The notes: generated by a model not told the origin, from the sequence alone. DNA of 64,000 bases from Hypanus sabinus (GCF_030144855.1 NC_082736.1:7192001-7256000); one strand, 5' to 3'. Positions 1 through 12,712 are shown, numbered from the stretch's first letter. Program-made: numbers and translations.

Positions 1-1399
1 GACTGGGACTCTCTTTCTCACCAGAGAGATTAAGGAACTGTCTGGTGACCATCCAAAGGTTTACAAAATCAGTAGGCTATCACTCTTTTTGTCAGGGTAG
101 GGAAGCATACATTTACAAGACAATTGTTTAAGGTGAAGGGGAAACATTTAAAGGCTACTTGACAGGTGGGGGGGATGTTGCATGTTTGATTAAGGAGACC
201 AACACAACAGTAATTAGTGAGGGATATGATGAGGTCTTGTAAGTAGAGGTTTTAAATAGAATGATGAATGGTGATTTTGATGGGATTACACTGCTGGCCT
301 CCCAATAGGCTCAGGTATTGTGGAGCAGACATGTTGGTAAATCACACAGAGGTGTAATGGGAACTGGCTTACAGCAGCCGGGCATTTTGACTTCCCCTGC
401 ATTAACCAGATTACCTTTGTATGAAAAGCTTGAGTTTCCAGGAGTAATTTGGCAGATGCAGGATCAGTTCATCCCTCAGCAGAAACAATATTTGAAAGGG
501 AGAATGAGGCAACCATCACCAACAACGGAAGACAAAAGCAACATAAAGGAACATGAGAGAGCAGAGAATATCACAAAAGTTAGTGGGAAGCTAAAGGATT
601 AGTGGACTTAAAAAGAACAGAAGGTAACTAAATAGCAATATGGAGAGAACAGATGAATTATTAATGTGACTGACCAATAGCATAAAGGGGAATAAGGATT
701 TCTTTCAGATATTTAAAGAGTAAAAGAGGCGAGAATGGATCAGGTTTCCCATTCTCACCTTCAGAATCACATCCCTCCCTGAGCCTCTTTTACACTGTTT
801 AGTTTATTCTGTATTTCTTATTTAACCCGGAAATCTTGAACATTTAGTGAAGAGGGCCACAGCGTGGCAAATGCATTTCAATACAGATAAATGTGAGACA
901 GTGCACACTGCAAAGTGATACCAGTGCAGAACTTACACTGTGAATGGTCAGTCATTAGGGAGTGTAATGGGCCAGAGAGATTTAGGGGTAAATCTCTCAC
1001 ATACAGTTCATTGAAAGTGGTGTCACTGGCAGACAGGGTGGTGAAGAACGGGGTTTAACATGCTGGTCTTCATTAGTCAGGGGACTGAGTATATCAGTTG
1101 GGACATTGTGTTACAGTTGTGTAAGTGACTGGAGGCCACACTTGTATTGTGTACAGCTCTTGTCACCGTTATAGGAAAGGTGGTTAAACTGGGGAGAGAG
1201 TAGAAAAGATTTCCAAGGATGTTTCCCGGACCTGAGGTTCTCAGTTACACAGAGAGTTTGGTCAGACAATGTCCGTTGTCCTTTATTCCTTGGAACCAGA
1301 ATCATTTATCACCGTGTTATATGACAAGGAATCTGTCATTTTATGTTGACGGCAGAACAATGCGATGAAGTTGCAGATGTGAACATTGGGTCAGCATAA

Positions 1400-1580
1400 C
1401 GCCAAGAGATTCTGGGAATCGCGAACAACGCGGACAAAATGCTGGAGGAACCCAGCAAGTCCGGCAGCATCTCCCACCAGAGTCCTGAGGAAGGGTCTCA
1501 GCCCGAAATGTCGGCTGTTTATTCCCACCATTGATGCTGCCTGAGTTGCTGATTTCCGTCAGCATTGAGTGTGTATTGTG
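1400..1580. mobile_element. Inverted pair of Penelope pseudo-LTR fragments upstream of H1
   Basis: aaaatgctggaggaacccagc...gcagcatc opposed to gatgctgc...cagcatt; CTGAGGA...GAAA core at 1485-1508. Confidence 0.7.
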
Positions 1581-1626
1581 TCAGAGAGAGTGAGTTAAAG
1601 GAGCGGGCGGCTTAGACCAGTGTCAC

Positions 1627-2053
1627 TGTGTTTGTGAGTCCTAACACATCGTAGGATTTCTCAGCAGCTCCTGTAGAAAATGAAAAGATTTTTCTGTTAC
1701 GGAAACGCCCCACTCCCCAGATCATTCCCGAAGAGGGAATTAACCGCAAAGTTTTAATTCGATTAAATATTTCAGCCATAAAACAGAGAACAGGTCAATG
1801 ATAGGGAGAGAGATCGCGGGCAATGCAGTAAAGAAACGGGTTAAAATAGAAAGCGCTGCCTTTAATCCCGATTAAACTTTCTTTCCAGCGAACATTCCGG
1901 CCTCAGGGACGGACAGGTACTAGTCCGAGTCTCCGCAGCGTCCGATTTGAATTGGAATCAGCGAGTTTTTGAGGAGAGAGAAACACAGAAAAATGAAGCC
2001 GCCGGGAGCTGACAGCAGGATGTCTCCGCCCCGTCCGCTCGCTGCCTTTAAAT
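1627..2053 (+). promoter_or_regulatory. H1 promoter: TG-box TGTGTTT (1627-1633), H1/AC-box AAACACA (1981-1987), GC box (~2026), TATA-like TTTAAAT (2047-2053)
   Basis: Motifs read directly; AAACACA is the known H1-specific box. Confidence 0.7.
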
Positions 2054-2128
2054 GGCTCTTTGCCGCCGCCTTTCGCTTCATTTATCATTCAGTTCTGATT
2101 GTGAGAAGGATTTACCAAAGTCGCCGAC

Positions 2129-2782
2129 ATGACTGAGACAGCACCCGCCGAAACGGCTCCTCCAGCCGCACCCGCCGCCGCAAAGAAGACTCCCAAGAAG
2201 AAGGCGGCTGCCCGGAGCAAACCAACCGGTCCCTCGCTGGGCGAACAGATCGATAAGATCGTGGCGGGTTGTCACGATAGGAAGGGTATGTCCGGTGTGG
2301 CCATCATGAAGGCTCTGGCCGACAGCGGTGTCGATGTGGCGAAACGTCGCCACCAGGTCAAAATGAGCATCAAGAGGAAAGTGGAAAGCGGCTCCTTGGT
2401 TCAGGCCAAGGGCTCGGGTATTTCGGGATCCTTTAAATCCGGTAAAGGGAAAACTGCCGTGAAGGTGGTGAAGAAAGCGAACAAGCCAGCGGCAAAGAAA
2501 TCTCCCGACAAGAAGCTTGGCGCCAAGAAACCAGCGGCTAAAAAAGCGGGAGCAAAGAAACCAGTGGCTAAAAAAGCGGGAGCAAAGAAAGCGGCAGCAA
2601 AGAAACCCGCGGCTAAGAAAGCGGCAGCAAAGAAACCCGCGGCTAAGAAAGCGGCAGCAAAGAAACCCGCGGCTAAGAAAGCGGCGCCGAAGCCCAAGAG
2701 CCCCAAGAAAGCCGCAGCCACGAAGACGAAGGCGGCCAAGAAGCCGAAGTCGAAACCCAAGAAGACAGCAGTCAAAAAATGA
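2129..2782 (+). CDS. H1: Linker histone H1 (217 aa), replication-dependent
   Basis: N-terminal TETAPAETAPPAAPA, globular domain ending LVQAKGSGISGSFK, K/A/P-rich tail; intronless; stem-loop downstream. Confidence 0.96.
   Translation: MTETAPAETAPPAAPAAAKKTPKKKAAARSKPTGPSLGEQIDKIVAGCHDRKGMSGVAIMKALADSGVDVAKRRHQVKMSIKRKVESGSLVQAKGSGISGSFKSGKGKTAVKVVKKANKPAAKKSPDKKLGAKKPAAKKAGAKKPVAKKAGAKKAAAKKPAAKKAAAKKPAAKKAAAKKPAAKKAAPKPKSPKKAAATKTKAAKKPKSKPKKTAVKK
2525..2686 (+). repeat. 15/30-bp coding tandem repeat in the H1 C-terminal tail (KKPAA/KKAAA)
   Basis: Repeated aagaaagcggcagca and aagaaacccgcggct units. Confidence 0.85.
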
Positions 2783-2819
2783 ATTGAGAATCCACCATTT
2801 GTGTGTATCTGAACCCAAC

Positions 2820-2858
2820 GGCTCTTCTCAGAGCCACCCACATCTCAGAAAAGAGCTG
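2820..2858 (+). terminator. H1 3' stem-loop and histone downstream element (HDE)
   Basis: GGCTCTTCTCAGAGCC (2820-2835), then ACCCA, then AAAAGAGCTG (2849-2858). Confidence 0.95.
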
Positions 2859-3594
2859 ATTCGGAGTGTTGTGATTCCCGCGCCGGGTCCGATTGAGAAC
2901 TTCTCAATGGAACCCGAGATTGCCGGTACCTCTGACATTTGGTGCGGTGTCTGAAATGAGACACGGATGCCCGAGCTGAGATTGAGAGATAAGGGATGTG
3001 GGCAGTTTCAGGCCCAATTCCTTCTCCGATCTGGGCGAGAGTGACCGACATTGACACCAGCGGAGATTCAGCTGAGTTGATTGGGAACTGGTGAAACCTA
3101 CGCGAGAGGGGAGGGGGCGTGTTGAGAGAGGGATCCGTCTCTGGACGGACTGCAGCGGGAGGCTATATGATAAACTACCCGGTGGCATTGCCGACTGACC
3201 TTCATGCAGGCCCCAGCTACAAAACGACATTGTTAATTTACACAAAACACCAATATCAAAAATGTACAAGAGCGAAATCTAATCTTAAAAGTCACTATTT
3301 CCTGGCGGTCACCGCCCCCTGAATTCCCCCACTGTTACCCCTCGCGTCGGCATGCTTCACTCCAAGCACAGCGGGCACGAACGTATCCCCATGTCCAAAG
3401 CAAACAAAACGGTAACAGCCGCACCAGCTGTACACGACAGGTTTGTGAGAGAAGTGAAGGGCCAGATGAGACCCTGACAGGAAGTGAGCGCGTTCAGCTC
3501 CTGTCCCTCGCTAAACTACCCTGGTAGCACGGGACAATTAGTGCAAAATCGATCGGCAGGACAGGTCGCTACTACAATAATGATGAGCAAGCTA

Positions 3595-3635
3595 CAGCCC
3601 TTTCCTTTGCCGTGGTAGTGGCTCTTAAAAGAGCC
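3595..3635 (-). terminator. H3 3' stem-loop and HDE
   Basis: Minus-strand GGCTCTTTTAAGAGCC (3620-3635) followed by GGAAAGGGCTG. Confidence 0.95.
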
Positions 3636-3664
3636 TTTTCTGGTGTTCGGAGTGTAGGCTGGGC

Positions 3665-4081
<417 letters not shown>

Positions 4082-4146
4082 TCAGGAGTGAGAACACGGG
4101 CTGAAATACAGGAACAAGATAGACGAAACGGGCTCCAGCACAGGCC

Positions 4147-4368
4147 TTTATACCGCTGGGAAGGGCCGTCCCACCGCTTATGACTGGCTGTGCACCAACT
4201 GTCTGTTAAAGGATCTCCTTGCTGCGATTGGTTTATTGATTTCATGAAGGCTGGCGGCGAATAAAAATTTACGACAAAATGGGAAACTGTTAATTGGCGG
4301 TCGGACTTCATCCAATCGGAATGCACTGTGATTGGCGCCCGATTAATTTCGAACCGCCCGCCAATTTC
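4147..4368 (-). promoter_or_regulatory. H3 promoter: TATAAA, several CCAAT boxes, E2F-like CCCGCCAATTTC
   Basis: tttata at 4147-4152; attgg/ccaat at ~4227, 4294, 4312, 4331; cccgccaatttc at 4357-4368. Confidence 0.7.
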
Positions 4369-4681
4369 AGAGCACCCAGCCTGATAACTTATTATTTACA
4401 ATTAATTCTATCACGGATCATGTACTTTCAGTTTCATTTAATATCTAATTCCCTCTGTTAAGATTTGAATGCATGATTACGGAATCGACTCTCAAAACGA
4501 GTGAACTGATTTCTGTCCGAGATGGACAGAATGATTAAGATCGATATAAATGCATCCAGCATTCACGATAATCACCGCCTGGAAAGGCACAATCACAATA
4601 TATTTCAAGCGGAATGATTAATCTGTTTCAAAAGTAGCTCAGCCAAATATATCGATAAAAATAATTAAAAGGTTGTGGACA

Positions 4682-4722
4682 CGGCTCCGTCTGTGAGGCG
4701 GTGGGTGGCTCTTAGAAGAGCC
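4682..4722 (-). terminator. H4 3' stem-loop and HDE
   Basis: Minus-strand GGCTCTTCTAAGAGCC (4707-4722), then ACCCA, then CAGACGGAGCCG. Confidence 0.93.
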
Positions 4723-4755
4723 TTTGTGTTGTTCTCGGGAGGAAGTGGGAGTTTT

Positions 4756-5076
<321 letters not shown>

Positions 5077-5120
5077 TCACTCAGGTCGCTGCTCAGTGAC
5101 AAACCGACTGCTGCTGTCTC

Positions 5121-5269
5121 CTTTTATACACAGCGCCCCGACCTGCCTGAGAAACGCGCAGAGAGACAGAGGCGGGGAGGGGAGGAGACAGATTCAGAGT
5201 GACGGACAGAGCCGAGAGCGGCCTCTCATCGTCCAGCTCCGCCTTCACTTTACCACCCCCGCCAATTTC
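5121..5269 (-). promoter_or_regulatory. H4 promoter: TATAAAAG, CAGGTCGG (H4 site II-like), E2F-like CCCGCCAATTTC
   Basis: cttttata at 5121-5128; ccgacctg at ~5138; cccgccaatttc at 5258-5269. Confidence 0.65.
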
Positions 5270-5291
5270 CAACAGAAAGCGCTCTTGCTCG

Positions 5292-5412
5292 ATCTGTGTC
5301 CTCTGGTCCGAGACTCCCCCACAATAGGAAACATCCTCTCCACATCCACTCTATCTGTGTCCTCTGATCCTAGACTCCCCCACTATAGGACACATCCCCT
5401 CCACATCCACTC
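5292..5412. repeat. ~61-bp tandem duplication of a CR1-derived fragment
   Basis: atctgtgtcctctg...ccacatccactc occurs twice in direct tandem. Confidence 0.75.
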
Positions 5413-5747
5413 CAGAGAGACATACTTTATTGATCCCGGGGGAAATTGGGTTTCGTTACAGTCGCAACAACCAAAAATCGTGTAGAAATATAGCAATATA
5501 AACGCATAAATAACTCAATAATAATAAGTAAATTATGCCAAGTGGAAATAAGTCCAGGACCAGCCTATTGGCTCAGGTTGTCTGACATTCCGAGGGACGA
5601 GTTGTAAAGTTTGATGGCCACAGGCAGGAATGACTTCCTATGATACTCAATGTTGCATCTCAGTGGAATGAGTCTCTGGCTGAATGTACTCCTGTGCCTA
5701 ACCAGTACGTTTTGGAGTGGTTGGGAGTCATTGTCCAAGATGGTATG
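5413..5747 (-). mobile_element. 3' fragment of the same Rex1/Babar-like family upstream of H4
   Basis: STFSQRLIPLRCNIEYHRKSFLPVAIKLYN matches the C-terminus of ORF 10667-11548; same 3' UTR. Confidence 0.85.
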
Positions 5748-6199
5748 AAACACGTACAAACTGGAAGATTTCTGGAAATTTGCTGATTCTCCTGTTTTAA
5801 ATTATAGGAGTGCTTTTCCATTCCGCAAATCCCCAAGGACCTCAGTCTGTCCCTCCCCGGCCCCAGGACCAATGCGAGCGTCCTCACACACAGCAGTTGG
5901 TGGGCGAGGGTGCAGTCGAGAGGGTTAATTCATCAGAACAATTGTTCCCCTGGGTCGCGAGGGAAATGAAAGTCCTGTCACATAAAGGAACAGGATACAT
6001 AGGCAGATATAAGGATACACAGACCTCACTTTGGTGCCTTCTAAAGACCAGGTAAAGTGGTGGCTGAGGAGCTGGTGTGAGGTGGGTGACGGCTTTAGGT
6101 ACGAGGATCATTGAGGTCCCGAGGGAAAGGTGAGACGGGTCCAAGGAGGGGAGCCAATATGTTTACGGGAGCTTTCTTCATGCTACACGGAAGGGTTAA

Positions 6200-7735
6200 A
6201 CGAGCAGGTATCAGGTCCTACACAGTGATTTTCAGGAAATAGGTTAAAAAGCAGGACTTCCAGGATTGTAATTATCGAATTGTGGCCCAAACCTTGTGCT
6301 GGTGTGGTGAGGAAACAATTGCTGCTGAGGAACTGATGCAGGAGGGAAGTCTTCAGATTCATGGATCAATGGACTCCCTTCCAGTCAGGTGGGAGACCAG
6401 GACAAACAAGGCCATTTCCATCTGGACCGGAGTGGAACCAATATCCTCACCAGGAGGTTTGATGGTGTCACTTGGCGGAGTTGGAACTGGAGTAGCAAGT
6501 GGGAGAATGTATGTCTGACAAGACAGTCTGAAAAGAACGAGAGCCAATGTCAGGCCAATAAACATGGTGGGATTGGTGGGCTGAAATAAGTTTATTTCAA
6601 CATTAGGAGTATTATGTTGTCGGATGATCAGGGCTGGCAGCTCAACATCTCTAGGTTTCATTGTTTTACATGTGAGTGGGGAGGAGGGGGGTTATAAGAT
6701 GCAGAGGTTACCCCACTGGGAATGTCACAGCAAACTGGAGGGCTCAGTTACAGAGGCAATCTACAGTCACACGGACTGGATTATAGTATTGGCCCCCAAT
6801 AACCACCGGGAGGTGGAGGAACACAGAGGTTTATGTTTAGGGAGAGGTGCAGAACAGAACTGTCATAGTGGGGGACTTTATCTTCCCTCGCATTGACTGG
6901 ATCTTGCTCAATGCTGAGATGCTCAAGATTTCTTCAGCGATTCCGAGGAGTGTTTGAAACATTATGTACAGAGCCCCACCAGAGGCGAGAACAGACGGGA
7001 ATTAGTTTAGGGAAGCGAGCCAGAACAGCTGACGATCACCATTTATTTTGTTCGTTAGTTATGATTAAGACAGAAGCCAAGGGGCATTGATTGGGAGCAG
7101 CCACTGTCAGACAAGTCGACATCTGACATGTGGGATTTGTTTAAAGACCAGCAGCTCAGAGTTCAGGGTCAGCATGTTCCTGTAAGGAGTAAGGACAAGG
7201 ACGGTAAGGTAAGGGAACTTTGGATGAATGGAGAGATCCTGAATTTAGTCAGAAGGATATGGAAGGTTTATGAAGCTAAAATCAGACTGGGTATCTTTGG
7301 AATATAAAGATAGCGGGGAAATGCGAAAGCTGGTAATAGGAAAGGCCAAATGGGGCCTCAAACCATCCTCGTGGAGTGGGATCAAAGATAATCCCAAGGC
7401 CTCTTGATTTATATTAGTTAAACAGGGATAACCAGAGACTGGAAAGGTCCACTCAAGATTAAAGGAGGAATGATGTGGTTGAAGTCAGACCAAGTGGCTG
7501 AGGTACTAAATGAGTCCGTTGTGTCAATATTTACCGAGGAGAAGGAATTGAATGTCAATGAAAACAGAGCGAGACATGCTAATGTGCAGAGAAATGTTGA
7601 GATTAAGGAGGAGGCTGTGCTGGGATATCTGAAAAGCAATAAGATGGATGAGACTCCAAGAACTGAAGGCATATATCCTACAATAGTGAAAGAAGCAAGT
7701 GAGCAGATTGCTGGGGATTTGACAAGGATCTATGT
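6200..7735 (+). mobile_element. Highly decayed CR1 LINE fragments
   Basis: VAEVLNESVVSIFTEEK...TPRTEGIYPTIVKEASEQIA. Confidence 0.65.
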
Positions 7736-9531
7736 TGGGGTCCCCACCTTTGTTTGCACCGCAGACCCATTTAATATTTATTGACAATATTCTTACGGAC
7801 CGACTGGCCGGCGGGGGGGAGGGGTAGGGGTTTGTTAATATATACCAGAATGCAGGTGAAACTATGTCACTTATAAGTGGCTAATTAATACACTCAATTT
7901 TGTTTCTAAAGGGGTTTATCTAAAGAATTTAGTATTAAACACACAGCACCTATTATCCCCGTATGAACATATAAAATCATTGCAACACACCAATATCAGT
8001 GAATCAGTGAGAGTCCTGGGCTTGTTTTCCTGCAATAAGGCGGTCTCATCGAGGGGTGATGGGAGACAGCAATACTCAAAGGGGGCTCCTTATGTCCTGA
8101 TGAAGGGTCTCGGCCTGAAATGTCGACAGTGCTTCTCCTTACAGATGCTGCCTGGCCTGCTGTGTTCTACCAGCATTTTGTGTGTGTTGTTTGAATTTCC
8201 AGCATCTGCAGATTTCCTCGTTTTTGCTCCTTATATCCAGTCTATTCCGCAATTTAATTTTTGTTGCATTCGTTGCAGAAAACCCCGCTTCACAGAGATA
8301 TGATGTTGGAAACGGATGCAACGTTTTCAGTCCTTTCATGGCTATCTCAGGATATTCAGCCTTGACTTTGATCCAGAATGCCGGCAGAGATGTTATGTGA
8401 AACATATTTTTCAACCCACCATCATTTGCAAGCTCGAGGGGTTGATCTTCCCGCGCTGACATGGATAGCTGTCATTCTCACCTGAAGTTTGCAGACTGTC
8501 ATCCAGGAGCAACCACTTTGACTCGGGTAGTGAAACCAGACAGCCGTCCAGTCATAGCTGCAGCCCCATCTGTGCATATTCCAACACAGAATGACCAGTC
8601 CGGTTTGCCTAACATGTAGTCATTCAAAGACTTGAACAGTTCTGCCCCAGTTGTGTTAGTTGGCGGTGGCATTGCGCACAACGAATCCTCGTGCACATCG
8701 TCTTGAAATATATATCGCTCATAAACCAGCAGTGTTACCTTGTTGTCGCATTGGTAGACTCGTCGACCTGGATAGCATACCATGGTGACTCGTTAAGCCG
8801 TTCTAACATCTATGCTTCGATGTCCTCCGCTTTGTCATCGATTCTCCTTGAAACTGTGGTAGCTGGAAGAGAAACCTGTGCCATCTTGTTAGCAGCAGCT
8901 TCTCTCAACTGTTCACAGCACATGTCCTTGGCAGCAGGCAGAATCAATTCTTCCCCAACAGTGAAAGGCTTCTTAGCCTCAGCAATATGGCTAGCCACTA
9001 ACTATGACGCTCTCAGAGCAGCAGCATTTGTGGAGGTGGTGGCTCTCAGCACCCGCTTGAGTCCCGCTTGCTCACGTTTTTTCCACTCAAAAAACTTAAA
9101 GGGTTTGTCTTTAAGTGCAGGGAGCTGGGACTCGAGATGCCGAAGCAGTTTTGAGGGCTTCATTGCCTCATTAGACAGCATGTCTCCACATATCACACAC
9201 AGGGAAATGGAGCATACGAGTCACCGATCGCATTAACGCCATATTTTATGTGCGACTCGTCGTATTTTCTGTTGAAGGAAGCTTTCTTTTTTTTTGTAGT
9301 CTTGGCCTCAGCCTTCTCTGCGTGGTCGTCATCATTGGGCCTTTTATGTCCCCCACCACCTCTTCCAAAGAAACTCTCAAGCGACGTTTGTTTTTTACTC
9401 ATACCGACTGATGACCTTGCGTGCGTTCAAGTTCAACAGTGGCGTGACAGGGAATGAGGAAAGGTGAAGCTGACTCATATCGTTTCATATCACCAAATCA
9501 TATCGGTTCTTCACAGCCCGGCAGCACCACT
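7736..9531 (-). mobile_element. hAT (Charlie/Buster, ZBED5/SCAND3-like) DNA transposon, degenerate and internally deleted
   Basis: Fragments RKYDESHIKYG, CGDMLSNEAMKPSKLLRHL, KKPFTVGEELILPAA, ICTDGAAAMTG, PFPTSYLCEAGFS; terminus resembling GGGGTCCCCAACC at ~7736. Confidence 0.88.
8094..8225 (+). mobile_element. Short Penelope pseudo-LTR insertion with minimal hammerhead motif, nested in the hAT element
   Basis: GTCCTGATGAAGGGTCTCGGCCTGAAATGTCGAC; flanked by direct repeat GCTCCTTAT (8085-8093 and 8226-8234). Confidence 0.8.
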
Positions 9532-9539
9532 GATTTGAG

Positions 9540-11655
9540 ACACTCCAGAGTTGTTTTGAGGTGACAGACAGGCAGGCACTCTGTGAGCCACATGGAGAGG
9601 ACATTGATGGGCTCACAGAGTGCATCACTGGTTACATCAACTTCTGTGTGGACTGCAATGTTCCAGCAAGAACTGTCCTTCGTTATTCAAATAACAAGTC
9701 ATGGGTAACAAAGGACATTAAGGACATCCTGAACGCTAAAAAGAGGGCATTTAGAGATGGAATTAGGGAGGAGCTGAGGACAATATAGAGGGACCAGAAA
9801 GCCAAGATCAGGGAAGCTAAAGACAGGTGAAGGAGGAAGCACGAGGAAATCTGCAGATGCTGGAAATTCAAACAACACACACAAAATGCTGGTGGAACAC
9901 AGCAGGCCAGGCAGCATCTATAGGAAGAATCACTGTCGACGTTTCAGACCGAGACCCTTCGTCAGGACGCTTGAGTGGAAACTCCAGCACAACATGACAG
10001 AGGTCTGGAGTGGGATGAGGACCATCACTGGGTTCAGGCAAACCAGCAACAGAGGAACTGAAGGCAATGTGGACAGGGACGACAAACTTAACCTGTTCTT
10101 CCAACAGATTTGACACTGTGGCCCCGGCCCATCCCCCACACGATTCATCTGTTGTCGGCCCCCAACCAACACATACTCCACTCTCCCCTCCTACTCCTCC
10201 TCACAGCCCCCCACCCTGCTCTCAGGACTACACCCCTCCCCCACCTGAAACCACCATGGTGGGCTTCACAGCTGAACAGGTGAGAAGACAGCTGAAACGT
10301 CTCCACCCAAGCAAGGCTGCAGGCCCGGATGGTGTCAGCCCCAGGGTGCTCAAAGGCTGTGCCCCCCAGCTATGTGGAGTACTTCACCATGTCTTCAAGC
10401 TGAGCCTGAGTCTCCAGAGGGTTCCCGCCAGCCCCGACTAGGAGTTGAGGATGCCATCGCCTACCTGCTGAACCATGTCTACGCCCACCTGGACAAGCCG
10501 GCAAGCACAGTGAGGGTCATGTTTTTTGACTTCTCCAGTGCGTTCAACACCCACCGCCCTGCTCTGCTCAGTGAGAAGCTGACAGTGATGCAGGTCGATG
10601 CTTCCCTGGTGTCATGGATTATTGATTGCCTGACTGACAGACCACAGTACGTGTGCTTACAACACTGTGTCAGACAGAGTGGTCAGCAGCACTGGGGCTC
10701 CACAGGGGACTGTCCTGTCTCCCTTTCTCTTCACCACCTACACCTCGGACTTCAACTACTGCACAAAGTCTTGCCAACTTCAGAAGTTTTCTGATGACTC
10801 TGCCATAGTTGGATGCATCAGCAAGGGGGATGAGGCAGAGTACAGGGCTACGGTGGGAAACTTTGTCAAATGGTGCGAGCAGAATCATCTGCAGCTTAAT
10901 GAGAAAAATACTAAGGAGCTGGTGGTGGACCTGAGGAGGACCAAGGCACTGGTGAGCCCTGTTTCCATCCAAGGGGTCAGTGTGGACATGGTGGAGGATT
11001 ACAAATACCTGGGGATACGAATTGACAATAAACTGGACTGGTTGAAGAACAGTGAGGCTGTCTACAAGAAGGGTCAGAGCCGTCACTATTTCCTGAGGAG
11101 AATGAGGTTCTTTAACATCTACAGGAGGATGCTGAGGATGGTCCACGAGTCTGTGGTGGCCAGTGCTATCATGTTTGCTGTTGTGTGCTGGGGCAGCAGG
11201 CTGAGGGTAGCAGACACCAACAGAATCAACAAACTCATTCGTAAGGCCAGTGATGTTGTGGGGGTGGAACTGGACTCTCTGAGGGTCGTGTCTGAAAAGA
11301 GGATGCTGTCCAAGTTGCATGCCATCTTGGACAATGTCTCCCATCCAATGCACAATGTACTGGTTAGGCACAGGAGTACATTCAGCCAGAGACTCATTCC
11401 ACCGAGATGCAACACTGAGCCTCATAGGAAGTCATTCCTGCCTGTGGCCATCAAACTTTACAACTCCTCCCTCGGAGTGTCAGACAACGGGAGCCAATAC
11501 GCTGGTCCTGGACTTATTTCCACTTGGCATAATTTACTTATTATTTAATTATTTATGGTTTTATATTGATATATTTCTACACTATTCTTGGTTGGTGCAA
11601 CTGTAACAAAACCCAGTTTCCCTCAGGATTAATAAAGTATGTCTGTCTGTCTGTG
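9540..11655 (+). mobile_element. Rex1/Babar-like LINE, 5'-truncated, with RT remnants
   Basis: KAAGPDGVSPRVLK, MFFDFSSAFNT, GAPQGTVLSPFLF, KFSDD, YKYLG; 3' tail aataaagtat(gtct)n. Confidence 0.9.
9841..9968 (-). mobile_element. Short Penelope pseudo-LTR insertion with minimal hammerhead motif, nested in the Rex1 element
   Basis: Minus-strand GTCCTGACGAAGGGTCTCGGTCTGAAACGTCGAC (9935-9968). Confidence 0.8.
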
Positions 11656-11659
11656 TCCT

Positions 11660-12485
11660 GAATTGCAACATTTGAGGTCCCTCAGTACTGGAGTGTAGCA
11701 AATGTTGCAGCTTTGATCAAGAAAGGAAATAACAAGAACCTAGGGATCTATAAGCAAGGCAGCCTCATTTCAGTGGTGGAGAAGCTACTGGGGAGGATAC
11801 TGAGGTACAGGGTTTATACACATTTGGAAAGGCACGGCCTGCTCAGGGACAATCAGCATGGCTTTGTGCAGGCAGATCACACTTGATAAAGCTGATTGAG
11901 GTTTCTGAGGAGGTGATACAGACTCTAAGATATAGGATCAGAATTAAGCCATTAGGCCCATCAAATCTGCTCCGTCATTTCATCGTGGCTAATCCATTTT
12001 CCCTCAAAGCCCCAATCCCCTGCCTTCTCCCTGTAACCCTTCATGATCTGACCAATCAAGAATCTACCAACCACTGCCTTAAATATACATAAAGTCTTGG
12101 CTCCACAGCGGCCCGAGGCAACAAATTCCACAGATTCACCACTCTCTGGCTAAAGAAATTCCTCATCTCCACATTCTACAATGCTTTATTCTGAGGCTGC
12201 GTCCTCTGGTCTCAGACACTCCCATCCTCCGCACATCCACTTTATCAAAGCCTTTCACCATTCGAAAGGTTTCAATTAGGTCAGCCCTCGTTGACCTAAA
12301 TTCCAGTGAGTACAGGCCCAGAGCAATCAAACGCTCTTCATATGCCAAGCTGTTTCATCCTGGAGGCAATTTTGAGAATCTCCTTTGAAACACTTCCAGT
12401 TTCAGCTCATCCTTCCTAAGATAAAGGGCCCACAAATGCTCACAATACTCCAGTGAGACCTCACCAGTACTTTATAAAGTCTCAA
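11660..12485. mobile_element. CR1 fragments in both orientations
   Basis: YEERLIALGLYSLEFR (minus strand, 12163-12348); RT remnants on the plus strand. Confidence 0.65.
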
Positions 12486-12712
12486 CACTATTATGATTGG
12501 TGCAGATATTGTGGACTGAAGGGCAGGTTGCCATCTGTTCCATATTGTGTACTGACAAATATGTTTGATCTACTAGCTATTGCAGGGACATGGTTACAGA
12601 GTCTTGCACTGGGAATTTGACATTCCTACATGTTTAATGTTCCACACGGAATCGGCAAAATGGAAAGGAGCAGGGTGGATTTGTTCATAACGTGCTGGTG
12701 AAGGGGTGGATA

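Noticed and set aside
2078-2954. Long antisense and alternate-frame ORFs over H1 (246, 146 and 145 aa)
   Set aside because: By-products of the GC-rich repetitive H1 coding sequence; no independent coding features
8139-9402. Domesticated ZBED5/SCAND3 gene
   Set aside because: Frameshifts, stops, internal deletion and a nested insertion indicate a dead transposon
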